From Lama guanicoe (taxonomy: Eukaryota), in NCBI GenBank assembly GCA_013239625.1, contig MU053472.1, positions 1,505,236-1,569,235 on the forward strand: DNA of 64,000 nt. The letters run 5' to 3'. The position numbers and the translations under genes are program-made. The notes under the pieces were generated by a model. It saw only the letters and a program-made list of their open reading frames with translations. It was not told the DNA's origin and did no database searches. Each line of letters opens with the position of its first letter. The stretch's first letter is position 1. Below, in pieces: positions 1 to 13,556 of this stretch.

Positions 1-802
1 TGTGAATGAATGGCATGGATCTTTTTTTTTTTTAAGAGAAATGATAATGCTACTTCTGTCATTTAAAAAAATCCTCTTATTTATGGTAGCATACTGGTAG
101 CTTTATTTTCAGCAGTGGGACAGACATAGAGAAGAGTGTAAAGGTTGGTCAAATACAGAACATTTTTAAAAAGGTCTCACAGAGTTGTATACCAGCTTCT
201 TTCAAAGTGTGTTTTCTGTTTGCCTGGCTTTCTGCCAAGAATTATTTGATTGACTCATAGAACAACCAGTGCGCCTGTGGGAGGCGTTTTCTATCCAATC
301 TCAGAGGTCCCTATTATGGATTTGTTTTGTTTTTGTGTAGGCAGAGCTGAGAGCACTGCAGTATATTCCAGAAATATGTCATTTCATTGCCTGCAGGGCA
401 AGTGGGAGTGGACAGCAAGACCAGATAGAGGAAGATTAGACACAAAGAACTATTTAGAGTCCAGTTTATTTTGCAGTATACTTAAAGCGACATGAAATTT
501 GCCATATGTTTTCACCAAAAGGATAAAGTATGAGCACTGTTACTTGAGCATTTTAAAAAATAAAGCAGAAACCATGCTGTTAAATGTGAGTGTGTATGTT
601 TTTTTGATATACTTGTACTGTATGAACCAAGATTTCACTCCCGTGCATGGCTCAGAGCCAAATACACCAAATGTTAAAGTTTGCTTTGTTCTGCAGATAA
701 CCTCGTACTCCATTCTCAAAACTTGAATTTAAAACAGAGTATGCTGAGTATATGGAAGTCTTGACACAAATTTCCACTTTTGTAATTTTCATTGGGTTGT
801 AG

Positions 803-2086
803 TAGTGGCTCTCAAACTTTTTGCTCTCAGAACCCTTTGAACTCAAATGATTTAGGACCCCAGAGAGTTTTTATGTGGCTTATAGCTACTATATTCACTG
901 TATGAGAAGTCAAAATTGAGAAATTTAAAAAAGATTTATTAATCTATAAAAAATAAACTTATTGTATGTTGACATTTTTAATGAAAGATCACTTTTTTTC
1001 TGAAATAAGAAATATTGAATTAAGAAATATTCTCATATTTGCTTCTGCATTCAGTATGTTCTGTGTTGTCTGATGGACTATTTAAAGAAAAGACAGTCTC
1101 ACACACAGATGTAGTAGGAAAAGGGAGAAATGGTTTGTCTTTTCAGATAATTGTGGATATTCTACGTCAAAGTGGTAGTTTCTTAAAATGGAATCTGAAA
1201 ACTTATCAATGAACTTTTGTATTTTTACATTAAAAGCCATTGGTCTCTTGCTTTTTGAATCAGTCTTTTACCCACATGTGATTTTGTGACATGGTGTATT
1301 ATTCATTTGGAAAATAATGGTTCACTGAGTATGCAGACCGTCCAAGAACTGATGCATTTTATGACACAGTATTAAAAACATCACTGATCTCATCAGTTAA
1401 CATCACTCATCTCATCAGAAAAGTCTTAAGATTGGGAAGCTAGCAAGTGCATCATAGTGAATACACATATTCTAAAATAAGAGATTTTTTAAGCTGCGGT
1501 TAAAAATTTATCACTGGCAACAAATACTGTCAGTTGTTTTACTTGAAGTGAAAAACTCACTTTGGTCACTTTGAAGAAAGTGTATGCCAAGTGCCCAAGT
1601 CTTATTAACACATTTTATCAGTCTTTCAAGTAAAAATGTTGGTCCATGAAAAATGTGACTTCTTCCTTTCATAATTTGCACAATCACAGGTACTTTTCCT
1701 CTAAACAGCACAGTATGCAGCAGAAGCCTTACCCATGCTTCCCTTTTTGTCATATAGAGTGTTAAAAAGACACATATTCATGGGTGGAGATTTAATAAAA
1801 TGAATTTTTATTGCATCATCAAGGACACCTTGATTTGCTTTTTTTTTTCTTTTCTTTTTTAAAACTAAGTGGGCAGCTATGATGAATACAATGACTGCTA
1901 GTTCACTTTGGTGCCACTGCCTTGTCTCCTGCTAAGGCACCGGCAGTTTTACGAACTACTGCTTTTGAACCATCAGTGCAGATATCAACACAGTGTAAAG
2001 GGTGAAGAAATTCAGAATTATTATGAAAATAGTTATGGCCTTGTGGAATCCCAGTCAAGATCACACAGACCATTGTGAGATAACTG
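803..2086 (+). mobile_element. hAT-Charlie (Charlie1-like) DNA transposon relic
   Basis: Degenerate TIRs (TAGTGGCTCTCAAA ... TGTGAGATAACTG). The 5' portion resembles the Charlie1 consensus and the second copy at 15787-17052. Confidence 0.75.
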
Positions 2087-2319
2087 CTATGTTTGTTTTA
2101 CCTGGCTCTCAGCTAAATCTTCAGGTCTTTGGGGGCAAAGATACTGCTTTACCCATTTTATAATTCATCTCTTGTATTTTACCACAATGTTTAAAAGGGG
2201 AAATTTTTCTTTAATTAAAAAAAAGTAAGGAAAGACAATTTAATCGTTATACCCTCAGAAATTCAACTAAACTAACAGCTACTTTGGGCAAGGAATTGCA
2301 TGGTTAGCCCTAAGAGATG

Positions 2320-2828
2320 TTTATCTATTTCATATATAGTAGTTAGTATCTGCAAATCTCGAACTCCTAGTTTATCCCTCCCCATCCCCTTCCCCTTTAT
2401 AACCATAAGTTTGTTTTCTGTGTCTGTGAGTCTGTTTCTGCTTTGTAAATAAGTTCCTTTGTGTCATTTTTTTAGATTCCACACATAAATGATATCACAT
2501 GGTATTTTTCTTTTTCTGGCTTACTTCACTTAGAAAGACAGTCCTGGTCGATCCATGTTGCTGCAAATGGCATTATTTCTTTCTTTTTTATGACTGAGTA
2601 GTATTCCATTGTGTATAGGTATATATATCTGTATACACACATATATATTCCACATCTGCTTTATCCAGTCATCTGTTGATGGACATATAGGTTGTTTCCA
2701 TGTCATGGCTATTGTAAACAGTGCTGCTATGAACGTTGGGGTGTATGTGTCTTTTCGAATTAGAGTTCCCTTTGGGTATATGCCCAGGAGTGGGATTGAT
2801 GGATTATATGGTAAGTCTGTGTTTAGTT
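2320..2828 (-). mobile_element. Older L1 fragment (ORF2 C-terminus and 3' UTR); probably resumes at about 3445-3683 and 4060-4142
   Basis: Reverse complement matches the L1 3' end and the copies at 25250-26530 and 52653-53140. Confidence 0.85.
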
Positions 2829-3445
2829 TTTTTTTTTTTTTAACATTTTTTATTGATTTATAATCATTTTACAATGTTGTGTCAAATTCCAGTGTTCAGC
2901 ACAATTTTTCTGTCATTCATGGACATATACACACTCATTGTCACATGTTTTTCTCTGTGAGTTATCATAACATTTTGTGTATATTTCCCTGTGCTATACA
3001 GTGTAATCTTGTTTATCTATTCTACAATTTTGAAATCCCAGTCTATCCCTTCCCACCCTCTACCCTCCTGGTAACCACAAGTCTGTATTCTCTGTCCATG
3101 AGTCTTTAGATTCCACATATGAGCGATCTCATATGGTATTTTTCTTTCTCTTTCTGGCTTACTTCACTTAGAATGACATTCTCTAGGAGCATCCATGTTG
3201 CTGCAAATGGCATTATGTTGTCGGTTTTTATGGCTGAGTAGTATTCCATTGTATAAATATACCACATCTTCTTTATCCAGTCACCTATTGATGGACATTT
3301 AGGCTGTTTCCATGTTTTGGCTATTGTAAATAGTGCTGCTATGAACATTGGAGTGCAGGTGTCATCCTGAAGTAGATTTCCTTCTGGATACAAGCCCAGG
3401 AGTGGGATTCCTGGGTCATATGGTAAGTCTATTCCTAGTCTTTTG
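2829..3445 (-). mobile_element. Younger L1 3' fragment with poly(A) tail, nested in the older L1
   Basis: Poly-T at about 2828-2841 is followed by the L1 3' terminus. ORF 3106..3585 encodes the L1 ORF2p C-terminus ([14 protein letters not shown]...TCTPMFIAALFTIAKTWKQPKCPS...WIKKMWYIYTMEYYSAIK). The 5' boundary is inferred. Confidence 0.85.
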
Positions 3446-3683
3446 AGGAATCTCCACACTGTTTTACATAGTGGCTGCACCAAACTACATAGGAGGGTTC
3501 CTTTTTCTCCACACTCTTTCCAGCATTGATCGTTTGTGGACTTTTTAATGATGGCCGTTCTGACTGGTGGGAGGTGATACCTCATTGTAGTTTTGATTTG
3601 CGTTTCTCTGATAATTAGCGATATTGAGCATTTTTCATGTGCCTATTAGCCATTTGTATGTCTTCATTGGAGAATTGCTTGTT

Positions 3684-4059
3684 CTCAAAACACAGGAACA
3701 ATCTCAAACAACCTAACCTACCACCTAAAAGAATTAGAAAAATAAGAACAAACAAAACAAAGAATAGACAAAACCTAAAATCAGCAGAAGGAAAGAAATA
3801 ATAAAGATCAGGGAGGAAATAATATAGAGATTAAAAAAACAAGAGAATCAGTTAAACCAAGAGCTGGTTTTTTGAAAGAATAAACAAAGTTGACAAACCT
3901 CTGGCCAGGCTCACCAAGAAGAAAAGAGAGAGGAAACAAATAAACAAAATAAGAAGTGACAATGGAGAAATTACAACCAGCACCTCAGAAATACAAAAGA
4001 TCGCAAGAGAGAAAACTATGAACGACTATATGGCAATAAATTGGACAGCCTAGAAGAAA
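3684..4059 (+). mobile_element. Internal L1 ORF2 fragment (post-endonuclease region), opposite orientation, no poly(A) tail
   Basis: A-rich L1 ORF2 sequence (AAGAGCTGGTTTTTTGAAAGAATAAACAAAGTTGACAAACCTCTGGCCAGGCTCACCAAGAAG), flanked by the direct repeat TGGAGAATT(G/A)CTTGTT. Confidence 0.85.
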
Positions 4060-5217
4060 TGGAGAATTACTTGTTTAGGTCTTTTGCCCATTTCGTATTG
4101 AGTTGTTTGTTATTAAGTTGTATGAGCTATTTGTGTATTCTATTTTCATTACTTCTTGATCTTAAGTTATAGTATGTGCCTAATTTATGTGTATTATTCC
4201 TATGTATGAATTTACTACTGTTCTTGTATTATGCTTGCCCTCTGAGAAATAATGTTTTAAAGTTTGCCTGTGCTTTAGGTTTATTCATTGGAAGTAATGT
4301 TCTTATTACCTCTTTCTTTTGGTAGAGAAGATAGTGAACGAAGTGCAGCTTTTATTCCTGGGTATCAGTTCATTGACTTATGTTATCAAGAGAGCCATTA
4401 GAAAGATAGCAACATACTGTTGAAATAAATGGTATGTGATCTCTGATGTGATTACAGGAAATTTGCCACTGTATTTGTAAAGGAAGATGAAATAATGGAA
4501 GTTTTATTTTTTAAATTTGTTCAACTGAAGATCAGAACATTTACTTAAAAGAATTTGGCCAAATGAGTGAATTATGAAGAAGCTGATCTTAACCTAAATT
4601 GTTGGTTCTAGATTTGGCAGGTAATTTTCATTATCTTAAATTTAAAGACAGGGACCAACTGATGAAGAAGGGGCATGGGAAGGCTACAGAAAAAGACAGT
4701 GAAAGTGAGATAGAATTGAATTTGAAGAAAATTTCTATTAAATCATGGAATTTTAAACCTGTATCTTTATTTTGTTATTTCTCAGTTTTTACTATTAAGG
4801 ACCTTCAGCCTCTCACACATCACATGTTCTGAATGAATTTGCCATATTTATCAAGTACCTATTTTTCTCTGTTTTTGTTAATCATTCATTCTTTTCAATC
4901 AGAATTAGATAATCTCTGCTACCACACGTTGTTGCATATATCAGTAGTTCATTCCTTTTTATTACTGAGTAGTACTTCATTGTATAGCTATACCAAAATT
5001 TGTTTATCCGTTCACCTGTTGATGGGCATTTGGATTGTCCGTGGTTTTTGGCTATTTCGAATAAAGCTTTTCTTTGTAGAATTCCACTAATAAATGTAGA
5101 CAGAATGGTAGAATTAGAAAATTACACTTGATAACCATCATAAATTATAATTGATTCATCTGAGAAATATCAATGAGTGCTAAAACTAATAAGTTAAAAA
5201 TTAAGGAACAGGATTAC

Positions 5218-5672
5218 TATATTAGTTTCCTAGGGGTGCTGTAACAAATTAGCACAAATTAGGTGGCTTAAAACAACAGAAATTTATTCTCTCATGATGC
5301 TGGAGGCCAGAAGTCTGAGATCCAGGTGTCAGCAGGATTGATTCCTTTTTCGAGGCTCTGAGGGAGAATCTGTTCTGTTCTCTCTCCTAGCTTCTGGTGG
5401 CTGGCAGCTATCCTTGACATTTCTTGGCTTGTAGATGCATCACCCAGTCTCAACTGTCTTATATTAACGTCCTCTGTGTCTTCTCCCCTTCTTTTCTCTT
5501 TTAAGGACACTTGTGTTTGGTTTTAGGGCCCACTCTAATCCAGGATGATCTATTCTTAAGATCTTTAACCTAATTACATCTGCAAAGATCCTTTTCCCAA
5601 ATAAGGTCACAGTTGCAGGTTTTGGGTGGACATATCTTTTACTGGGGTGGGGAGGGACCATTCAACCCACTC
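5218..5672 (-). mobile_element. MaLR solo LTR (MLT1-type), inserted in an old L1M fragment (about 5080-6280)
   Basis: Typical MLT1 text: GGTGGCTTAAAACAACAGAAATTTATTCTCTCA...GGAGGCCAGAAGTCTGAGATC...AATTACATCTGCAAAGATCCTTTTCCCAAATAAGGTCACA. Confidence 0.8.
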
Positions 5673-7371
5673 GAAGGATATTTACATTATCTCAGATAAT
5701 CTTCCTATGAAATGCTTAACTACAAAAGGAAAAAGATTATGGGGGGAAACAGCACCTTAATTAAGAGATCAAGGGTAGCTTGATCACTTTTAATGGGACA
5801 AACTGAAACTGTTTTCTGCCCACAATGAGAAGATCATCTTTAACACTTTAATATGGTGATATTCCTGCCAAAAATGCATAATCTGATTACAAACATGAGG
5901 AAACATGAAACATACCCAACTTGAGAGACATTCTTGAAATGACTGATCTGGTATTCCTAAAAAGCATAAAGGAAACACTAAGAAATTGTTCCAGATGGGA
6001 AGAGACTAAAGAGACATGACGATTAAATATAACGAGATCGTGAATTTTATCCTTTTATTATAAATTCTTTATTGTTAAATTTATTATTATTGTTAGAATA
6101 ATTAACGAAATTTGAATGAGATCTATGGATTAGGCGGCGGTATCATATCAATGTCTCTTGATTTTGATAGTGGATTCTGGTTCTGTAGGAGAATGCCATT
6201 GTTTGTAGGAATTAGATACTAGGATAGTATTTGGGAGTGATGGTATGTTTTGTTGGCAGTTTACTCTCTATTGAGTCAAGAAAAAGAAATTCTTTGAATT
6301 ATTCCCAGAAAAAAGAAGAAGTAAACCTGAAGAAGCAGGTCTCATATCAGAAACATACTTCCAGGAATCTAGGGAGCAGTTTCATTTTCGTCAGGGCCCT
6401 GCTGCTGGACACTTACCAGCTAGCCAAGGCTATTTATTTGTTCCGGTAGAGAACCAGAGCTGCAGCTGCATCTGAAATCATGATTTGATTATAATCCACC
6501 GTCATTTTCCAAGAGCTATTAGACTTTTGCAGTGGTCAGACTGTAGAATAGAAGAATATGTAGGATGACCATCCCAGCTCTCATGTTTTAACCTTTGAGA
6601 GATGTGATAATGCTGTTAGTTTACTATTTCAGAGGAGAATATCATTGATGGGATGCTCCAAAGTCTTGCACTTGGCCTTTTCTTCTGTAATAGGCTTTCT
6701 CACCAGTCAATGAAGAGCTATGAGGGCAAGCTGTTTTTAAACATTTTTTTATTGAGTTATAGTCATTTTACTACATGAGCCTTAGCTCTTGACCAATGGA
6801 CTGTGGTTGTATTTTGCAGCTCTGGAATTATCATTTTAGAGCCATCATCCAGCAGTTAGTCAATGTTATGAGTATTTCTCTTTCCTTGGTGTATATATAC
6901 ATGTGAAAATGGCTGCGCATCACTTTGAAGAAGGTTAACAGTTCTTTGACTGAACTTGGAATTTTTTGGTTTGTTTGTTTTGTTCCTTGTATTTTTGTGA
7001 ATGATCCTTCTGGAGATCCAGTTTTTCTCCTGGCATGTTGTCAGTGAGGTAACCCTACCAACTTATCTTTGGGTGATTAACTGCTCCTATCTGATCTGTC
7101 ACCTCAGGATTCTGCCACCCCACAGAGATCAGGAAATCCATCTTCCCTGCAACCTCTTCCCTTAGTATCTCTTGCCTAGAGAGAAGAGTCGGTAAAATGT
7201 GTTTAAAAGATTTTGGTGTTTACCTAATTGCTTCCGTAAGTATTAAAGTAAGTATTAAAGTTGAGGAGAGTCTTCTGAACCTTTCTTGGCTGGGTAGGTG
7301 GGATGCATATGCATATACCAGACTTAATCTAAGATCCCTATTCCCCAGATCTTTGAATTGTTTCCTCTATA

Positions 7372-7852
7372 TCACTGAGTTTGTTTTCTGAAACTGCCAT
7401 AACAAAGTACCAGGAATTGATTGGCTTAAAACAACAGAAATTTATTGTCTCACAGTTCTGGAGGCCTGAAGTCCAAAATCAAGGTGTTGGCAGGACCATG
7501 TTCTCTCTATACTCTGAAAGCTCTAAGGGGGAATCCTTCCTTACCTCTTCTAGCTTTGTGTTACCAGGAGTTCTGGCATTCCCTGGCTTGTAGCTGCATC
7601 ACTCCAGTCACGTGGCTGCCTTCTCCCTGTGTGTGTTTACGTCATCTTCCCACTGTGTGTGTGTCTCTGTGTCCATATTCCCTTTCTTATAAGAACACCA
7701 GTCATACCGGATTAGGGCCCTCTCTAATGACCTATTTTAACTCAATTACCTCTGTAAAGACCCTCTTTCCAAATGAGGTCACATTCTGTGGTGTGCTGAG
7801 TATTAGGATTTTGGCATACCTTTTTCAGAGGGACATAGTTCAGCTCATAACA
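7372..7852 (-). mobile_element. MaLR solo LTR (MLT1-type)
   Basis: Collinear similarity to the 5218-5672 copy and to MLT1 consensus motifs. Confidence 0.8.
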
Positions 7853-10009
7853 GTCTTGTTATTTCTCAGGCATGGAATTTTAGGCCAGAGTGGGGTCTGT
7901 GTTTGTATTAGCTGACCCAAGAAAGTTTTGTTACCACTGTTCTAAGCTAGTATGCTGACTGTAGACTTTCTGCCTACCATTTATCAATAAATTCAGCCCT
8001 ATCTCACCGCTGGTTACTATCTGGAATCTGAGCAAGAGTCTAGATGCCTTCTACCCCTTATTGGTTCCAAAACTGACATTTTTCTGAGGGTCAGTTACCT
8101 GCAACCTACTCTATGGTATTAGTTTTGTATTACAGTTCTTTGAAAGTAGCATAAACTGACTTGGCCTATGTTAAGGAGGGAAAAGAACATGGGAATTTAT
8201 TGAAAGGACATTAGGTAGCTCACAGAACCAAAGCAAAGGCTAAATTAGGTCTCAGGATGGACAGAACCACAGTGTCCCTGGGGCTCTAGTGGGTAGGAGC
8301 TGGTGGACGCTCAGTGAAAGGTTTTAGTGTCTGGAATGCATCGGCTCCAGTGTTTTCTGGCTTTATGTCTTTCTGTCTAAAGATGCAAATATTGTCTAAA
8401 GATGCAAATATCTGAAAGAGTGACAGTTTAGATCATTTGCCTATACCTAGGGCAGGAGCAAGCAAGTTTTTCAGATCCACTAAAGACTGGATGCAGTGGC
8501 GGCTGCGTACTCCATACCAAAGTTGGGGTGCTAGTACTGGTACTAGAAGGGGGGATGTGTGGTAGGCAGGTGTGTACTGTATTTAATACCATCAGTGAGG
8601 GCTAACGTGAAAGCAACATAGCCTTTCCCTCCATTCGGATTATTTCTTCGGGGAAAAAAATTTCCCAGAGCCAAATTATTTGGTTAAAGAACATGCGTAT
8701 CTTTTGATGGTTGTTTTTTACATGTTTTAAAATTGCATCCTGAAGCCTTTTACAATTCCAATCTACTCTGGCATTAGAATTCTGTAAGAATTCGTACGTA
8801 GCCCAGTGATGACGAGTATGTTGCATTGTCCCAGCTTCTTCATTTACTACTTGTGCCAGAGTATCTTCATCTTTAAAATAGAGTTTTATGGTACCTACCT
8901 CCCAAGAGTTAAATGAGTCAGTATTTATTAATTAGTACATGGTAAGTACATAAGCACCCCAATTTTAAATTTATCGTGAAGAGCATATACATTCTATACT
9001 TAATTATAACAACTTTACTTCACTAAGAATTTTTGTATTTTTGTGTTACAAAATTTATAAGTCTTTGTAAAGGACACTTCCGTGACACACATATATTATC
9101 TAAAGGATGCTATTTAAAAGAGTTAATACCCTATCCAGTACTGTCTTTTTAATGTTACTTTTTAAGTCATTTTTTAAAAATTAAAAGATTATAATGAAAG
9201 TAGAAAACAAGGAAGACTAAAAGGAAGACAAATTACAAAAGAGGTAGTTTCCTTAATACACAAATTAACTGCAGTTTCATTTAGAATCTCTACAGGTTTT
9301 TTAATTTTGCAAGTTGCTTCTGAAGTTCAGTTGGAAAAATACTTAAGAGAATGTTGGAAAAAGAAGAATAATTAGGGGATACTTAAACTCCCAATTATTA
9401 AAAAAGCACCATAAATAGATCAGTAGGATGAGTCCAGAAATAGATCTGAGGCAAAATGTAACATGTTGTAAAAGGTGGCATTTCAAGTGAATAGAGAAAG
9501 CATGGATTGTTCAGTATTTTTAGATCATTGCAGAATGTCTTGTATAATATATTAGTTCTTTTGACCAAAAATGTGATTTAAATATTTTGCTTTGAATAAC
9601 CTTTTTATTTTTGGCTTTTTTCCCCTTCCTTTCCATCTTGTTTTAGGTGCTTTTTTGCAAACAGCTGAATTACTTGTATACTATGGGTGAATTTTGTTTT
9701 CTCAATGTGCTTTAGAACCGTTCTTTCTGAGGTTTCACCTTATTCATATTTATTGTGATAATAGGCTTTTTCCCCCAGGTTATTAGCTGCAAAAAACAAT
9801 CTATTCTAGCTTGTTTAAAAAGAAAAGGTTTTAGCAAGAGGTGTAGTTAACGCATAAAATCATTTAAAGGGCTAAAGAAGCATACATCATACTGTAGGCT
9901 GAGCTGCTAGGAATGACGTCTGTAAGCAAACTGCAGAACTGGATGGGCTAGGGAGCTGTCTGCTATGATCTTTACTTGCAAAATTGATGCCTTCTTCCTG
10001 CTTTTTTTT

Positions 10010-11660
10010 TTCTTTTTTAACTAAAAAAAAAGTGTGAAATACAGCGTACATACAGAAAAGGCCATAAAACATACACTTTAATGGACAATCATAAAATGAA
10101 CACCGTGCAGTTAAGAAAGAAAACATTGCCTGCACTCTCGAAGCCCCTGTACATCCTTTCTGATCTCATATTTCTATCTTTCGCCAAGGGATAACCACCA
10201 TCCTGACTTTTGGGATGATAATTCTATAGTGATTTACTTATTTTTATTAATAGTTTTTCCATTTGTCTATAAACATGATACTTTGTTGTTGAAGAAAATC
10301 ATGCTGTGTCTATTATTTTATCACACGGTTCTTGTGAGATGCTTACCCATTCCATGTAGGGTAGTCTGTTGTCATGCTGAAGGACATTGGGATTATTGCT
10401 CGTTTTTAGCCCATATGCTACTATGAACATTCATGTGTACCATGTGTACATATACATTAATTTATGGTGTATATCTAGGTGTGCTGAGTAGTCAAAGCAC
10501 ACATATCTTCACCTTTAATATATAAATGCCTAGATGTTTTCTGAAGTAGTTGTACCAGTTTATACTCCTACCAGTACTTGATCATAGAACCTCTTGCTCC
10601 ACATTCTTAACCACGCTTACTCTTGTCAAACTTTGATTTATGCGATCTGATAATTAGGTGGTGATAACTCATTGTGGCTTTTAATTTGTATTTCTCTGTT
10701 AATTAAAGAAGCTGAACAACCTCCACGTGCTTTTAGCTGTTTGGATTTCCTCATTTGTAAGAGGCCTTTATCCATTTTTCTGTTAGATAGTCTGTCTTAC
10801 TGATTTGGTTTGTTGGAGCATGTTACCTATTCTGGGTACCGTTCCTTTGGCATGTGTATATATTACAGATATGTTCTCTTCCATTCTGTGAGAGTTGTCT
10901 TTTCACTTCAGTAAGGTATCTTTTGATGAAGGAAGAGAAATTCTTAATTTTGATAGTAATATAACTTCACAATCATTTTCCTGTGTGGCTAGTCCATTCT
11001 TTGTCTTTAGTAAATCATCCTTACTTTGAGATCATGAAAGTACCTTCCTTTGCTTTTTCTAAGCATCTTAGCTTTGCTCTTCATGTTAGGTCTTTACCAT
11101 TCCTGGAACTGAGGGGTTTTTTTTTTTTTTTTTTTTTTTTTGTTTTTTTTTATTTTTTTTTTTTTTCTCTTTTTTTTTTGTGGTGTTTTTTTTTTTTTTT
11201 TTTTTTTTTGGTTTAGCATCAGGGACCCAAAGGTACTATTTTTTTTTTCTATTTTGTCCAAGTTCATTTACTGAATGTCTATACTTTATCCACCATTCAT
11301 ATGCCAAATGTCTAAATATGTGTAGATCTGTTTCTGTGCTCACTGTTCTGTTTATCCACTGGTTTACAACTTTTCCATAAAGTTCTTGTTAGAGATTTGT
11401 TAACATTGTTCCCAAATATGTATCACTCCTTTTGCTGCCTTTTGTGAATGGTATCTTTTTATTTTTACAAAATTACATTTTATGATTTTTGTTGCCATTT
11501 TATAAAAATATAATTGACATTTTGTATAACTATCTATTAACCTTTTTTTAACTTTTTTTAATTGAGTTATAGTCATTTTACAGTGTTGTGTCAAATCTAG
11601 TAACCTTACTGAACTTTATCAATGCCAGTAATCTATCCATAGATTCTTTTGCTTTTTCCA
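10010..11660 (-). mobile_element. Highly diverged L1M (L1ME-like) fragment
   Basis: Degenerate antisense L1 motifs (TTGTACCAGTTTATACTCCTACCAG, CTCATTGTGGCTTTTAATTTGTATTTCTCTG). Confidence 0.6.
11117..11208. repeat. About 90-nt nearly pure poly-T low-complexity tract
   Basis: Directly visible. Confidence 0.95.
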
Positions 11661-12649
11661 GAAGTGTTTTTTTTGTGGCCCTTTTCTCTCTCCATGATCC
11701 ATTTGATACCTATCAGGCAGTTTGCTTTTCTTAAATACATAATGGTCATAGCAACAAAAGCTATAATTTATTGAGGACTTAACTTGTGTCTAGCAGTATT
11801 GCAGGTGGTTTTACGTGTGTATATGCATATATGCCTATGTGTATGAACTTCTAGCTTCATCAGTATTGGTAGCTGTACTGGTTTCCCTCAGCAATTGTGA
11901 AGATCATTGTTTTGTATCTTGCAAACAGCCCTCTTTTGGGAGTGACAGGTCACTCTGTAGAATGGGTTTCATCTGTGGGATGGAATGGGATGGGATGGGA
12001 TGGGGAGATGCTCTGTAGGGGACAAGAGATGTCTTTTCAGCATATAATATTGGAAAAGAAAAGAGCCAGTTAGCCTGAATATATTAGAGAAGTCCCTATG
12101 GCTGTGAAAGTTGTATGGCACCAGTCCAGTTCAGGGGGGACTATTTCTTCTCCCTCATCCCCTTTGAAGACCCTGTTGTCCCTATCGGCACATGCACCAC
12201 TTTCCTTAAAAAAGAGGTACTATAGTTACTGGCAGCTGAGGAAGTAAGATGTTTCATCTTATACTATGCAGGGGTTTAGGGTTTTCCCTTCAGTCTCTGC
12301 CACTGCCTCTGAGTTTGAACTTTTCTGGAACTCAGTGTTAACAGGGAATACTGATGTACTGCCTTCTTTATTGACTGTGCTTTTTCCTTATGTTGGATTA
12401 CAAATTTTGCATTCTGATTTTTCTCTCAATTTAATTCCATTTGCTTAAAATTCCAGGAATTTCTCAGATTTTCTGAGGACTCTTCTCTGTGTTGCATGAC
12501 TGCTATGGAACTTTTCTTATATTTATATTCTGTTCTTTCAGTAAGATTTTCATGGGGAGCATGTCAGTGTTTGGACTGTTTGCTATCTTGAACTGTAACT
12601 TGTAATTTAATACAACAGAATATTTCAGAATTTTTAAATGACAGCGAAT

Positions 12650-12890
12650 ATAATCAGTCACTTTGGGTTTTGAAATTAAATATATGGAATCTTTGCCATT
12701 TAGAAAACTTGTTATTTTGAGGAAATTTCTTAACGATTCAAAGTTTTGATTTTCTTATGTGCAAAATGAAAATAATAGGACTAATCTTACCTATCTCATA
12801 GGTTTATTGATAGTATTATATGAGATAATACATATAAAGCTCTTAGCACAGAACGTGGTATAGAATGGGTGCTCAAACTGTTATTTAATT
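12650..12890 (+). mobile_element. MIR SINE fragment
   Basis: Core-like motifs TGTGCAAAATGAAAATAATA...CCTATCTCATAGG...AAAGCTCTTAGCACAGAAC. Confidence 0.6.
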
Positions 12891-13304
12891 AGGTTATGAA
12901 TATTCAAGAGTTATTACAAAAAATAAATCAAGTAGCTTTTTCTGAAAATCTTTTTGGAGAGAGATCAATTAACATGATAAGCTACTGGCAGTGTGATATC
13001 AAAACTCTTAACACATTCTGGCAGCTAAATGTAGTTAGGACTAAGACTATGCAGAATTAGTGAATCTATCCTGTAATGTTTTTCTCATATAATTGGTTTG
13101 ATGGTTATAGTATAATTTCATTGCTTATAAAATTAATTTATTAGTATACCAATGAAGGGATTATTGCAGGTCCTTCTTGAATAGCTTTCACAGTAATTTT
13201 CTTAAAATATTTTCCTATGCTAATTCACGTTTTAACATGCTAATCTAGCATATGTTGCCTTTTTTTTCCTGCCACAGCATTAATGTTTGTACCTGGAAGA
13301 GTGA

Positions 13305-13556
<252 letters not shown>

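Noticed and set aside
3106..3585. 159-aa ORF as a host gene
   Set aside because: It is the C-terminal fragment of L1 ORF2p, with the HCWWE motif deleted.
7445..7915. 156-aa ORF
   Set aside because: It lies within an MLT1 LTR and shows no protein similarity that I recognise.
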